Shown here: positions 38,802 to 50,467 of the stretch, in pieces | How the letters are laid out: every line of letters begins with the position of its first letter | How positions within the stretch are numbered: the stretch's first letter is position 1 | NCBI GenBank assembly: GCA_025786725.1 | Contig: JAHLTZ010000056.1 | Location: 31,745 to 95,744, forward strand | DNA length: 64,000 bases | Source: Syncephalis fuscata S228 | Taxonomy: Eukaryota; Fungi; Zoopagomycota | Reading direction: 5' to 3' | Notes under the pieces: model-generated | Told to the model about the DNA's origin: nothing | The model's input: the letters and a program-made list of their open reading frames with translations, nothing else | Databases searched by the model: none | Translations under genes and position numbers: made by a program

Positions 38802-41800
38802 TATTTTATTTTATGATTAGCTCGAGTGAGGCAACGGTCCGTGGGACCTATCCGCTTTTATGCAGAACTTGCCTGCCACATGACATGTGGTGGCTCCTCA
38901 GTTGGCTAATATTTGGGTGGGTGGTAGTGGTTGTTGCTGTCGCTGTGCTAGTGGCAATCTTAATCCCTGCAGTTTATTTGGCATTGTATATTCTTTTCTG
39001 TGTGTCGTCCAATGTTGCATTGTTGTTAGCGTACCATAGTATAGCATTGCACTTCTTAGACTTCTCTTCTTGTTGCTCGACACCTCGCATTGGTCGATTG
39101 CGCGATTTGTCGTCATATTCATTAGTCCATTTTTCCCTGATTTGGATCTCCAGGGGGCGGTGATTATAATTTGGTTACTGATCTGTTTGATCCTATCGGG
39201 GTCCAGAACTGGTGCTTCTGGCTCTTCTGATTGGATAATTTTTTTGACAGTTTTTGTACACTCTTTTTCTATCCTCTCGTATACTTTTTCAACGTCGACG
39301 TCATGAGAGCATAGTTTGCACTGTCTTGACAGGTCACACTCTTTCTCCTCCTCTTCATCTCCAATGCCACTTGGTGCTGATGCGGTATGTACTGCTGTAA
39401 TGAAACTCCTCCACTTGGACATTACTATACTACTCCCCTTCACCTTCTTCATCTCTTTGTAGTCCATAATCTGCTGTGTCCACTTTACAGCTTCTGCCTT
39501 TCCTTCTTCCCCTCCTTCTGGCCATGCGCATATATCTTTGAAACGATCGTTTAGCACTTTCGTCGTTTCTTTACTTATACGATCTTTTTCCTTTTTCTTC
39601 ATGATATATGCTATGCTTTGCAGTGATGTAGCCCCTTTGTCGACTATTCGGAACCGTAGTTTATTGGCCGCCATTTGATTTAGCTTCCACGTTGGTCCCT
39701 CTCTGGCTGCCGCTACTTTCGCCAGCAGATCTGCTTTTTCATTGCCTCGTATGCCGCTGTGTGCTTTCACCTTTTCCAGTGTGATATCGGCCCGGTTCTT
39801 TGTCACAGCTTGCAAGTGGTCCCATAGTACGGCGTTTGTCGTTGTATGCTGTACTGGCTTTTTTCCTTCAACATATCTCTTCCAGCCGTCTATCGTTGCT
39901 TGTGAGTCTGTTTTGATTATCAGCTCCGTCTGCTTTGGGACTGTGGCTATTACATGTGCCAGCGCCAGTATTTCCGTTGACGTGGATGATAGGTCGCTAT
40001 GGTGGATCCGCCCGCTAATAGCTAGATCTATAGCTTCGTTATGTTCGCATACCGCCGCAAATCCGCCTTTTGTTCTGGTCGAATCAAGCGATCCGTCGGT
40101 GTACCAGGTGAGTGTTTTACTGTTTGCTAGTACTTCTGCATAATCACTGACATTTGTATATATGCTGTTGTACTCGGCTAGTTCGCCTGGTGGTGCTGGC
40201 TTTGCTAAGTGGTCATCAGTGTTGACGTTACCGGCTATTTCATTTCCGACTCCTCCTCCGTCGCGCTCTATCGCTGCATACATTTCTCTACGTAGTGTAT
40301 CGCTCTGTTTAGCCGTTAATTTCCACTCGTCTTTTATGTCTAGAATGTCATCTTCGTTGTCCATACGAATTACATCTTCCATATAGTACACGGATTGCTT
40401 GGCCAGCTTCCTTTTCAGTTCAACTTTAAGTGCTATATTAGGTGCAGCTATTCTCAGTGGTGTACCGTTTGGCCTTCTCTCACTGGGCCATATGCCGTTT
40501 ATCGCCGGCCTTATTGCTATCTGGTACTCCTCCAGATACTTGGTCGTGTTGGATATCAAATCTATCGATTTATACAGTTGCATTGGCCTTTCCCATGGCA
40601 TGCATGGCAGATGTTGTCTGTATTTGGCCATCCATAGCGCTGCATTCATCAAGTTAGCAGCTCTTCCACCGTTTTCTATTGTTCTGATAGCCGATGTTAT
40701 CAGTCTGGTGTCACGACGAAGTTTCAGCGAGTCCAGCCCGATGTATGCGCTGTTATTGACTAGCACTGTTGGCGTATTTCTGCATACATATGCTTTTTTC
40801 TTGAGCAGTCCTCTCCATTTCCTCTCCATTATTTTCAGCTGCTCGTCTGTCATAGGTAGGTGTTGTATTCGGTGTACTATTGCTGGCATTAATACTGAAT
40901 TGAATACATATACTAATATTTCTGTAGACAGTTTTTTCGGCGCTAGTATGTATATGAATTTGTTTATCGCCATATTCATTTCTTCTATCGCCTTGTAGCG
41001 CGCAGCTGGAGTGTGAGTGACATATGATCCAAGTATTTTATGCGGTGCAGCGCTGTTCTGGACGTTGGTAATTGCCGTATTTTCGCCACTGCCTAGATTA
41101 ATTGTTGGGTCGGTTTCAGGCGCCGTTTTTGCACTTGTCCATATTTGCGATTTGTGTGCCGCTACTTCTATCTGGTGTATGTCGAAGAATTCTGTGCATA
41201 TATCTGCTAGCTTTTGCAGTCCTTCATATGTACCCGATACCAGATGTAAGTCATCGGCAAACGCACCATATGTTAGTGTTGCTGTTCGTGCTTGTTGCAT
41301 ATACTCCGGCATTGGGTAGTGCTTGTTCACCAACTCTCCTGCATCCATGCCGTAGAAGCTGTTGTCTTCTAGTGCGGTAAGCAAAGGGTCGTAGAATATC
41401 TTCCATAGTAGTGGTGCATTGACTTCTCCTTGGTCTAGTCCTCTTTCTGGCGCAAAAGGATCGGTATTGCCATATGCTGTGTTCACGCGTGTTGTCCTGC
41501 CCCCTGATATGTTCAGTAGCAGTTCAGTGTATTCATCGGGTATGCATAGTCTTTGTAGTGCCTTCTTTAGTCCACTCATTGGTACCGAGTCGTATGCGCG
41601 GCGGATATCTGTTGTGAGTACTAGCATATCTGCCTTTCCTGGTATTAATCGACTTATGTCCGCTGTTGCTTGGAATACGATTGATAGATCCGCCGTTTGT
41701 GCACCTGGTGTGAATCCGTGATTTTTACCACCCAGTGTACCTGGTTTTTCTACATGTCTTTGTAGTCTTTTTGTTATAATCGATGAGAATAACTTCCTAG

Positions 41801-43891
41801 GTACTTCTAACAGTGTTATCGGGCGTAGTTGATCCAGGCTTGGGTTGGGGCGGTCTACTTTTGGCAGTGGGATTATTAAGCCATTTTTCCATGACTGTGG
41901 TATGTCTTTCATCCTTAGACATGCGTTCATTACCGCTAGTATCAGTTTTTGCCAGTGGTCTGGTAACAGTTGGAGCAGTTCAGCTGATATATTGGATAGA
42001 CCAGTTGCTTTCCTTTTAGGCAGTTTCTGTAGTTGTTCACTGTACTCTTCCCATTTGATTGGATCCATCAAGCCGTCGTAGCTGTTTCTTAACCACTCTC
42101 TTGGTTCGTATATACGTCGCCATGTTGCCGACCACTGTCGTTCATCTGTCATTGGCTCAGCAAACCACTCCTTAAAGAACAGCTGTACCTTTTTTCGTAC
42201 TTCTTCTGGTCTATCTTCAAGTTTGGTTACGCCGTCCTCTTCTATTGGCACATTTGTTAGACTGAAGCGTTCTTTATATCCATCCAGAGTTGATATCAGC
42301 GTTCTTTTGAGCTTGGTTCTGAATTGTTCCATTCTACGCTTAGTTGCACTGGCTGCTGTGTTTGCTGATAGTTTAAGCTGTTTTCTTCTCGCCTGATTCA
42401 GCCATCTTGTCTTCAGATTGACCCAATATCCAGCTGGTACATTCCACGGCTCTATGAGTCGTTGCTTTATTTCCTCCCATGCATCGCTATCTATTCTACT
42501 TTCCAGACTCAGTATCTTTTTGGTGGCCCGTTTGACTCTGTTGGTTATAGCGTGAATTTGGCTCTCGTTATTTCTTCTGCTGTATTTCACCAGTTCGTTC
42601 ACCGCTGCACTTGCTTGCAGTTCAGGCCAGCGCGGAAATGATTCCTTCTTAGTGAATCTTATTATGATACGTGGCAGTTTGGCTTCTGCTGCTTTCATTA
42701 CACATTTCTCGATATCATTCCATATGTCATCTACCAATAACATGTTGTGGATATCGGCACTATCACTATAGCTAGTCAACTGCAGGTATTTCCTTATGCG
42801 GCCCGTTGCTACTTTATCCAACTCCGCTCTAAATTTGGCCACTGTTTCGTCGGGTAGATCGCTTGTTTTTATCTTTGCGTTATTTCGCTCGATAATTTGC
42901 CGATTCCTATTTGCCATAAATAGGTCTACAGTTTGAAATTCTGCGTATACCGCTGCGTGGTCAGTGTTGAAATTTGGTATATGGCCTATTCCTACTCCAA
43001 CTACTCTCGTTGCCAGTTGTTGTGATGCCATTATATAGTCTAGTCGCGATTTTCTCACTCCAGACTCGAATGTATATACCTGATCGGTTGGGAAATGTAC
43101 CCGCAGTGTATCTATCATAGTAGCTGCGTCTAGTAGATGAAATAGACGTGGTGAGTAGTGGTTGTGGTCTGTTTCCGTGCTATGTGTGTCTATTTCTCTA
43201 TTGGCAACTGTATTAAAGTCACCCATCACTATAGACTCAGTATGCTGTCGTCCATCTTTCGCCAGATTTTCCTGCAAGTACTGTTCCATTGCCGCTTGTC
43301 TCTCAGCATATTCAGGTATTGCTCTGTTCATTGATGGGTAGTGTATTACATATACTGATAAGTTTCTTGTACGGAAAGCAAACCGCGCGTGTATTAGGTG
43401 TTTACCCAGCGTGTTGTATGCCTGCATGTTTTTTGCCCATCTCCTATGGATGTACAGCACTACACCATTCCCTCTACTGTGGTCTTTTCCTGCATCTGTA
43501 TGTATGTGCACATATTTTTCACGTACTTCAGCCGGATACTTCAGTCTTTTCACTCCTCTCTCGTCTAACCACGTCTCTGTTATTGCAAACATATCAAACA
43601 TGTGATCATTTATGAAGTGAAACAATGTATTCTGTTTTATTTCATCTACATACGAATGAGCATTAACATGTCCTATACGCAGCGACCGCACACCGTCTTC
43701 CATTGGCTTTGTAAGGAACGTTGATTTTTCGCCAAGGAAAAGTTCGTCTTCCTGGTCGTTTGTTGTATCCGCGTTATTCGTTGTATTGGAAGTCGCTGCT
43801 TGTGGGCCGTCTCCGGCCTTGTTGTACGGTTGTGGTACCGATAGTGACGTGGCATGTGTATTATTTGTGCGATGAGACTGTGTTGTTAGCG
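38802..43891 (-). mobile_element. Non-LTR retrotransposon (LINE; APE-RT-RNase H), apparently 5'-truncated, with 20-bp TSD
   Basis: TSD cagtattataaaacatattt at 38782-38801 and 43892-43911; 3' tail of (AAATA)3 overlapping the TSD; one uninterrupted ORF. Confidence 0.95.
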
Positions 43892-43907
43892 CAGTATTAT
43901 AAAACAT
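38898..43907 (-). CDS. LINE ORF2-type polyprotein: APE endonuclease, reverse transcriptase, RNase H
   Basis: EN motifs HVNAHS, ITETW, MGDFN, SRLDY, TDH; RT motifs LRPITLL, NHGF, DIRRAYDSV, GLDQG, FADD; RNase H motifs YTDGS, TEILA, TDSQ, KVKAHSGIRGNEKADLLAK. First element-internal ATG is at 43703. Confidence 0.95.
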   Translation of the reverse strand: MFYNTALTTQSHRTNNTHATSLSVPQPYNKAGDGPQAATSNTTNNADTTNDQEDELFLGEKSTFLTKPMEDGVRSLRIGHVNAHSYVDEIKQNTLFHFINDHMFDMFAITETWLDERGVKRLKYPAEVREKYVHIHTDAGKDHSRGNGVVLYIHRRWAKNMQAYNTLGKHLIHARFAFRTRNLSVYVIHYPSMNRAIPEYAERQAAMEQYLQENLAKDGRQHTESIVMGDFNTVANREIDTHSTETDHNHYSPRLFHLLDAATMIDTLRVHFPTDQVYTFESGVRKSRLDYIMASQQLATRVVGVGIGHIPNFNTDHAAVYAEFQTVDLFMANRNRQIIERNNAKIKTSDLPDETVAKFRAELDKVATGRIRKYLQLTSYSDSADIHNMLLVDDIWNDIEKCVMKAAEAKLPRIIIRFTKKESFPRWPELQASAAVNELVKYSRRNNESQIHAITNRVKRATKKILSLESRIDSDAWEEIKQRLIEPWNVPAGYWVNLKTRWLNQARRKQLKLSANTAASATKRRMEQFRTKLKRTLISTLDGYKERFSLTNVPIEEDGVTKLEDRPEEVRKKVQLFFKEWFAEPMTDERQWSATWRRIYEPREWLRNSYDGLMDPIKWEEYSEQLQKLPKRKATGLSNISAELLQLLPDHWQKLILAVMNACLRMKDIPQSWKNGLIIPLPKVDRPNPSLDQLRPITLLEVPRKLFSSIITKRLQRHVEKPGTLGGKNHGFTPGAQTADLSIVFQATADISRLIPGKADMLVLTTDIRRAYDSVPMSGLKKALQRLCIPDEYTELLLNISGGRTTRVNTAYGNTDPFAPERGLDQGEVNAPLLWKIFYDPLLTALEDNSFYGMDAGELVNKHYPMPEYMQQARTATLTYGAFADDLHLVSGTYEGLQKLADICTEFFDIHQIEVAAHKSQIWTSAKTAPETDPTINLGSGENTAITNVQNSAAPHKILGSYVTHTPAARYKAIEEMNMAINKFIYILAPKKLSTEILVYVFNSVLMPAIVHRIQHLPMTDEQLKIMERKWRGLLKKKAYVCRNTPTVLVNNSAYIGLDSLKLRRDTRLITSAIRTIENGGRAANLMNAALWMAKYRQHLPCMPWERPMQLYKSIDLISNTTKYLEEYQIAIRPAINGIWPSERRPNGTPLRIAAPNIALKVELKRKLAKQSVYYMEDVIRMDNEDDILDIKDEWKLTAKQSDTLRREMYAAIERDGGGVGNEIAGNVNTDDHLAKPAPPGELAEYNSIYTNVSDYAEVLANSKTLTWYTDGSLDSTRTKGGFAAVCEHNEAIDLAISGRIHHSDLSSTSTEILALAHVIATVPKQTELIIKTDSQATIDGWKRYVEGKKPVQHTTTNAVLWDHLQAVTKNRADITLEKVKAHSGIRGNEKADLLAKVAAAREGPTWKLNQMAANKLRFRIVDKGATSLQSIAYIMKKKEKDRISKETTKVLNDRFKDICAWPEGGEEGKAEAVKWTQQIMDYKEMKKVKGSSIVMSKWRSFITAVHTASAPSGIGDEEEEKECDLSRQCKLCSHDVDVEKVYERIEKECTKTVKKIIQSEEPEAPVLDPDRIKQISNQIIITAPWRSKSGKNGLMNMTTNRAIDQCEVSSNKKRSLRSAMLYYGTLTTMQHWTTHRKEYTMPNKLQGLRLPLAQRQQQPLPPTQILAN

Positions 43908-44191
43908 ATTTATTAGTTAAATAATGAAATGCAATAAAATGAACAAATGTTGTTTAACATCAGTAATCATTATTGCTGTTATCACCATCATTATATAACA
44001 TGCTTATTAGAAAGCATTGAGTTAGAATAAAGACACTTTACAATTATAAACTATAACGAAGCAATTTGTTTTAAAATTCACAGGGTGTATTTCATTGAAC
44101 TTGAGTTACAAACACTGTCAAACGACACCGGAAAATGAACAAAGGGTGGATGGCAATGAAAAAGTTTTGCATAAATATTATGCAAGCTATA

Positions 44192-44698
44192 TTAGCATTG
44201 CAAAATACCACGAGCCTGCATGGCAGGCATGTTACCCTTGGCGACACGGCCCTGTGTGGCTTCCAGGAGAGTTTCTTCTGCTTGGCGTCGAATCGTAGCA
44301 CGAATCTGGAGAAGTTCAGCGAAATCACGGAAGTTCAACTTGGCCACGGGCAAAGAAGAACGATCATAATCCTCGGCTGGGTGAGTGAAATCGACGTCCA
44401 CGTCCATGGCAAACTTAACGGACTTGCGGCCACGTTCCTGACGGCGTTGGGCAGCATTGCTGGCGGCGGTGGCACGCTGACGAGCAAGAGCGACAGCACG
44501 ACCACGCACAGCGGCAATAGATGCATCGCATCGGCGGCCTTCCTGGCTTTGATTGGTGGCTTCAGTGGGCGAAGGAGGTGCTTGCACCGACGCTGAAGCA
44601 GCCGAGTAAGAAGAGGTGAAGTCGTTAACCGAAAAGTTCATTGGGAAAGCGACAGCCGAGTTGGTAGCAGCGCAAGGAGAGATAGCAAGGCAAGACAT
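44192..44698 (-). CDS. Small protein with a neurabin/spinophilin/Bni4-type PP1-binding motif
   Basis: 168 aa, GC-rich codons; RKSVKFAMDVDVDFTHPAEDYDRS = RVxF followed by T-x-x-x-E-D-Y-D-R. Confidence 0.7.
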   Translation of the reverse strand: MSCLAISPCAATNSAVAFPMNFSVNDFTSSYSAASASVQAPPSPTEATNQSQEGRRCDASIAAVRGRAVALARQRATAASNAAQRRQERGRKSVKFAMDVDVDFTHPAEDYDRSSLPVAKLNFRDFAELLQIRATIRRQAEETLLEATQGRVAKGNMPAMQARGILQC

Positions 44699-46735
44699 GT
44701 TGCAGTAAATGTGAACGATTGAATCGGCTTATAAAATGAAAGTGGTCGACCAGCGAACACCAAGTTGCAGCTGTTGTTGTTGTTTTAGAAGTAGAAGGAT
44801 GAACACACGAACGTAAATACGAGTGGTGTTGCAGGGTGAAGCTATAAAAAATAAAAAATTAGATTAGTTATGCTGTTGATAATAGTAGCGCCGCTAGAAA
44901 GTATCAGTATTAAGCTAAGTAAAGGCGGTGTCTTTAGCAGGACTATGCAGAGTAAAGCACGAAGAGCACACGCAGTTGACAATTAAGGAGCACAAACGCA
45001 CTGCAATAAGAATGCCGTGCAGTAAGTAGCAATAGAAGTTGAGAGTCGCACCGGGCGTAGATAAAAGAGAAATAATAGATGGCAAGAAGCAAAAGAATAA
45101 AAGTGTAATAGGACAGTTGGACGATTTGTTGCAAAAAGTTCAACGGTGCAGTAAAAGAAAACTGAATATATATATAGTACTAGGAGAGTCACAGCTGACA
45201 GTAGATGGTAATGTGGAGTAGTTTAACAGACAGGGTAAACGAAACACTGTAATAATAGTAAGGGGAGAGAGGCGGTTGGTATTGTAGGTAATAGAGGTAG
45301 TAGTAGTAGTGGTTGTTGTTGTTGTTGTACGGTTGGCAGTGACAATATTATAAGTGATGAGAAAAGAATATAAAGACAAGCAGCGGTTTAAATGGATAAG
45401 AAATTATTGCGTTGGGCGGTGTTTTAAAAAAACGGAGTGAAAATACTTCAATGGATCAAGGCAAGACCTCACACAAAAGGCAATCGATGTATCTCCGTCG
45501 GCTTATCATACACAAGCAGAAAGTCCACACTTTTGTAAATATAGATGAAACATATACTGACTGTTTCTAAAACCAAATCAAACCAAACCACAATGACAAG
45601 TCTATTGTCTGCACAGATCATCTCATGCCTTCTATACTCACCTTGAGTGTGTATCAGGGGATTGAAAGAACTTAACCGAAATGTGGTATGTTTGTAGAAG
45701 TGGATGTGCGTCTGTTTAGAATAAACAACTCACTAGAAAAAGTCGTTAGAAGCTAATAACAAGAAAATCAACTTGTAGAGGATCGTAGATGATTGGCAAA
45801 AAGCAAATGCGCTTTTGAAAATCACAATGTATAAAACAAAGTAGCAAAACGTAGATTATATAGATTTGAAATACGTATTGATATCACCAATTCAAATAGA
45901 ATAGATGTGTTCAAACGATTGACTGACGTATTGTGATGGATTGTGATAGATTGGCGGATTGACGAATCGATACAACACTTGTTGCAATTAAACAATAAAA
46001 TGTAGCAATAACTTGTCGATGGAGGAGATAGTAGCTGAAAAGAAGCAGGTGCCTGTAGATAAGTGCAAAAAATCAAGCTGCAAGTAGCAGACGATTTAAC
46101 AAAAGAATACTCGAGTTGTTTGGTAGTTGAAAGCAGTAAAGCACAGTGCTAAATAAGCAAAAGGTGGCGAATACAGTGATGCGATATATTGAAAAGATAC
46201 AAACGACAGAGCCGATAATGCTATAGAAAGTGGATACGAGAATATGGTGACAAGCAGCGGTAGAAGCAGGTGAAAGAGAAGCGAATAATGTTATAATAGG
46301 ACGAGCACGGCGTTGAACAATAAAAGCTAGGCATTATGAAGTAAATGGCCTTTACAATATCAAAGGCACAACAATATAAAAACACGTGATGATCATTCAC
46401 ACCCCTCTCGGTTCCATACTGTCCATAACAACAACAATAAAAACGACCATAATAACACCCAATACAAATGACAATAAACAAAGTCACGGGTAAACATGAA
46501 CATTACGTATATTGATAACTTACCAGAGTAGTTTCCTAGTGAAGAAGAACAAAGAATTAGGTCGTAGAATTCGTGATGACTAATAGTGAAGCAACTTGAT
46601 GTCTATGGGCGTGGAAGGTGAATATAACCAACTAAAAAAATCGTTTGAACGTCAAAAAACGAAGCAGTTGCGCAAGCAGGAGTAAAAGCAAAGCCAAGCC
46701 TTTTTTTTCTTGATAGTAAGGAGTTGAAAGGAGTT

Positions 46736-46779
46736 GAGTGAGTGAGTGAGTGAGTGAGTGAGTGAATGAGTGAATGAGT
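46736..46779. repeat. (GAGT)n/(ACTC)n tetranucleotide microsatellite
   Basis: Tandem gagt units with two gaat variants; a similar tract lies at ~12735-12757. Confidence 0.9.
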
Positions 46780-47617
46780 GGACGAACGAGTAGGCGAAGA
46801 AAAAGAACAAACAAAATAGGAGAAACGAGGAGAACGAGAACAACGCAAGTTTAAACCAAACAAAGAATGAAAGCAGAAAAGGCCACGTAACGCTCAGCGA
46901 GTTGTATTCTATTCGGCAAAAAGCAAGTCTAGGTTGGCTGTTGGTAACAGAAAGTAAAAGTACGCTGTAATGTTGATGCTGATGGTGGTAATCTTCCTAT
47001 TGTTATCGCAGTTTGTCTGGTGGTCCACAGGAACAGAGAGCAAAGCGAGAAAAGGTCGTAAAGGCAATGTTGGCAAGCGTATGAGGTACAGACAGAACAT
47101 TCGCTAATCGACGTCCAATTTAAATAGCCACGTTTTTTCCTTTATTGATGAAAATAATGGTATAGTTGCAAATAGCTAATGTGTTAGCATTTCCACGTGT
47201 TGTCGACTCCGACTATGCCGAAATTGGAAACGGAGAGATGGAATTATTCAAGATTTTATACAGCGCCATTCAAAACACATTAATACAGCCTACTCAAAAC
47301 ACCCACCACTACAGATCACATTAATAAATACCTGTAACTAGCACGCTGTTCAAGGCGTATGAGATAATATACAGCAAGCTGTTTTATTACCACATTCTGA
47401 CACGACGTGTTGAAACGTTGTTAGCCAGCATTCTAAAATGCCACATGCCAGGTGGCGAATAAACATGCACAGGGATATTGTAAACGTTATTAAACTGCGC
47501 TCTTTGTATTACTATAATAGTTATTAAATTATTTTCAGATTGGTATTCCGGTTTATTCTAGAACAACTAGCAGTTACAAAAAGATAAATAAAGCATGACG
47601 ATAAACAAACGTGGCCA

Positions 47618-48175
47618 TCATAATATAGTAGAAATGGTAGAGTAGGAGCTAATAATAGTTATAAGCGCCTGAGCAAGTCCCCACATGAACGGGACCCATG
47701 GTGACATACGGAAGTAGCCGGCGTCGTAGATGGCGCCCAGGACAATGCCTTGTTTTGCAATAGGTCAGTAATATGCATTGGCCAAGGTGCCATAAGTACT
47801 TACCAGCGACTGTACCGCCGATAATCGCGCCCAATGCGCCTAATAGACCGAACAACAGTGGAGGTGCCCAAAAATAAGGGCGGCCTCGTAACGATAGCAT
47901 TGCCCATAGACCAGCAAGGAAATAGATCGAGCAGACAAATATCAGCGTCCAGATCAGTGTAAAGTGCCATACTTCTAACAATGACCTTTATATTAATACA
48001 TTACGGCCACCCTCCGCCAAATAAATTGCTTACCGGATTTATAAAGTAGATCATGACTAGCCGCGCCTTTGGTCGGCCAGTAAAGCGACGGAAATGGTGC
48101 TGTTACATAACCAGCTGGTGGAAAGAACGAAGTAGTATCCCCGTATGTATTCTTAATACTTGGACTATCCTCCAT
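47618..48175 (-). CDS. TMEM170-family small membrane protein, 2 introns
   Basis: PFPSLYWP...VWHFTLIWTLI...GAIYDAGYFRMSPWVPFMWGLAQ...SSYSTISTIL* (TGA 47618-47620). Confidence 0.85.
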
Positions 48176-48363
48176 GTTTCAATACATGGTATGCACCAGC
48201 TAAATAAAGATCAATGCAATTATACGCTCAAGGTATGCAAGTAATATATTTATAGTAGTATTTTATAAAATTTGAAAAAGGAATTGCGATGAAACAACAA
48301 TAAGCACAACAACGAAATAGGTATATTCCCCTACAAACAAATCACGTGATAGAAACACTATAC

Positions 48364-50467
48364 TTATCGACGAGATAGGCCAGTATAGCGACGTGGTGTA
48401 AGTGGCTCTTCCTTCTTAATTACGACCGGTTCATCCAATAGCGCATTTGGCGTAACTGTACGTGTCGATCTAGCTCTTGTCGCTGATGTTGTTGCTGTTT
48501 TGGCAACTGTATTGGCTGTCGATGCTACTTTAGCTTTGGACTGACGTGTTACAACACTTGGATGTACCATACGTGATGTCTGAATATCAGGACGACGATC
48601 ACTAGCCCGTCTAGACGAAGAATGTTGACATTTTTCTACGTTTGTAGATGGTGGCGGTGGTAATGTAGCAGTCGGTGTTGTAGCACTAATCATCAAATTA
48701 GTTATTAATATGTATTAAATAAAATTAAGTCAATTAAACTAGCGATTAAGTATAATTGTATTTACTTACGGTGCATTCTTCACCTCAATAGCTCGGCGCT
48801 GTTTACGATAACTATCAAGTAGTGTATGGACACGATTTGCCGCTGCAGCACTGGCGTTTCTCTTTGGCGTTGTACGTTGAGGTACAGGCTTGGAACTCTA
48901 AATAAATTACCACAATATTAATTGGTAATAAATGTGAATTTAGTTTAATTCACCTGTAATACTGGTGGTGCAGGCGAGTCATTTTGAGGCAATAATCTGG
49001 GTGAAGTGCCATTAAGCCAACGCTAAAAAACAATTATAAATATTCTATGTTATTATTATATATTGCTATTACTACAAAACAGTACTTACTTCAATTGCTT
49101 CTGTTTCTTTATCACCAAGTGTATCAAATAGAAATGGATCTTTAGAATGCTGAACATTTGGTGTACGTGTATCATTCTCTAATGGCATATCAAATAATCG
49201 AGGCCGTTTAGGCGTGCGACCAGCAAGTTCTGTATTACATTTAGGCTCGACTTGGACACGACGTGCCGTGGTGGGCCTAGTTTGTTCAGCTGGATTAGGC
49301 GTCGTCCCAGCAAATGCTGTAGCCAAACTGGGTGTTGAATCGCCTTTAGACCGGCTTACACGCCTAATAGGTCTCTTTGGCGTATCACCTGTAGCCAATC
49401 GTACTTTATCCTTGGCAACAACATGCAAAGCACTACGTCTTAATTCATGCTTGGGTATAAATGGCGATAAAGATTTATAATCTTTGTTTTTATTGTCTAA
49501 TTAAACGATTAAATTAATAATTGCATATCTATACTATTCATTCTTGCTTTACTACTCTACCTGGGCTCGGCTTTGATGATGTTTGCACAATAGCACGTAC
49601 TTTGCCCATACCGGCAGCACTGGTCATCCACTGAGTTGATTGAATACGTTTCGGTTTGAAAACTACGTGTGATAGCGAGTTTTCTAACTGTTTATTCAAT
49701 TTGACTGTTTCTAATTAGTTTGATACGTTTCAAAATATACTACATGTATATACTGTAACAGTAACCGTAACTTACTCTCATGACCTGTTGATTGCTTTAG
49801 AACCTGAAGCAAAGCATTTGTTTGATCTGAAACGTGTTGTTTACCATCAATGCGTTGGTGGCGATATTGGTTGTTGTTGTTGTTGTTGTTATTGTTTGAT
49901 AGCGGAGAAAGTGGCGCGCGTTTAACAATGCCACCACGTCCATTGGCCCGTAATGGATTTTTGATGAGTGGTTCGGTTCGCAAGCCAGCACCGCCCTTCC
50001 AATGCATCTTCTTTTTGTTATGCGCCTGACAACACAAGCAATTATAATGATAGCAATTATGTTATGTTAATAATAAGCACTCCTGCATAGCACTATTGTT
50101 ATGGCTGCAATCATAACTTGGTACAGCTTACCGTCTTTTCTTGCAAGGGTAGATGTTTTGTTGGCTGTAATAGTTGATTAAAATCACTAGCCGTTAATTC
50201 ACTTTCACAAAGACTATTGCCTGGATCAAAGTATTTTAATTGATCACCAAATACACCAGTCAAGTAGGTGCACAAATCATCAAATTCTTTGTTCGCACTA
50301 GCCCGCGCCCGCGATACCATATCTGCAAACGATGAAAGTAACGAGGCGGGCTGTTCTCTTGGCTGTTGCTCCACTCGAGATTCCGACGGCTGACGTTTTG
50401 TTCGCGACACTTTGGCGCGCCGAACTGACTCCGCCGTAGCCATTACTTCTCGCGATGGCTCGTTCAT
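48364..50467 (-). CDS. Multi-exon hypothetical basic, low-complexity protein
   Basis: Successive minus-strand coding-like segments (MNEPSREV..., HKKKMHWKGG..., HVVAKDKVRL..., TPRRYTGLSRR*) separated by AT-rich GT-AG introns. No family recognised. Confidence 0.6.

Noticed and set aside
38813-43924. Numerous + strand ORFs over the LINE and other antisense ORFs
   Set aside because: Shadows of the real opposite-strand coding frames.
45000-46500. Several short G-U-rich stems on the + strand
   Set aside because: About the number expected by chance when G-U is allowed, and antisense to the host gene. This is also a caution for short stems elsewhere.
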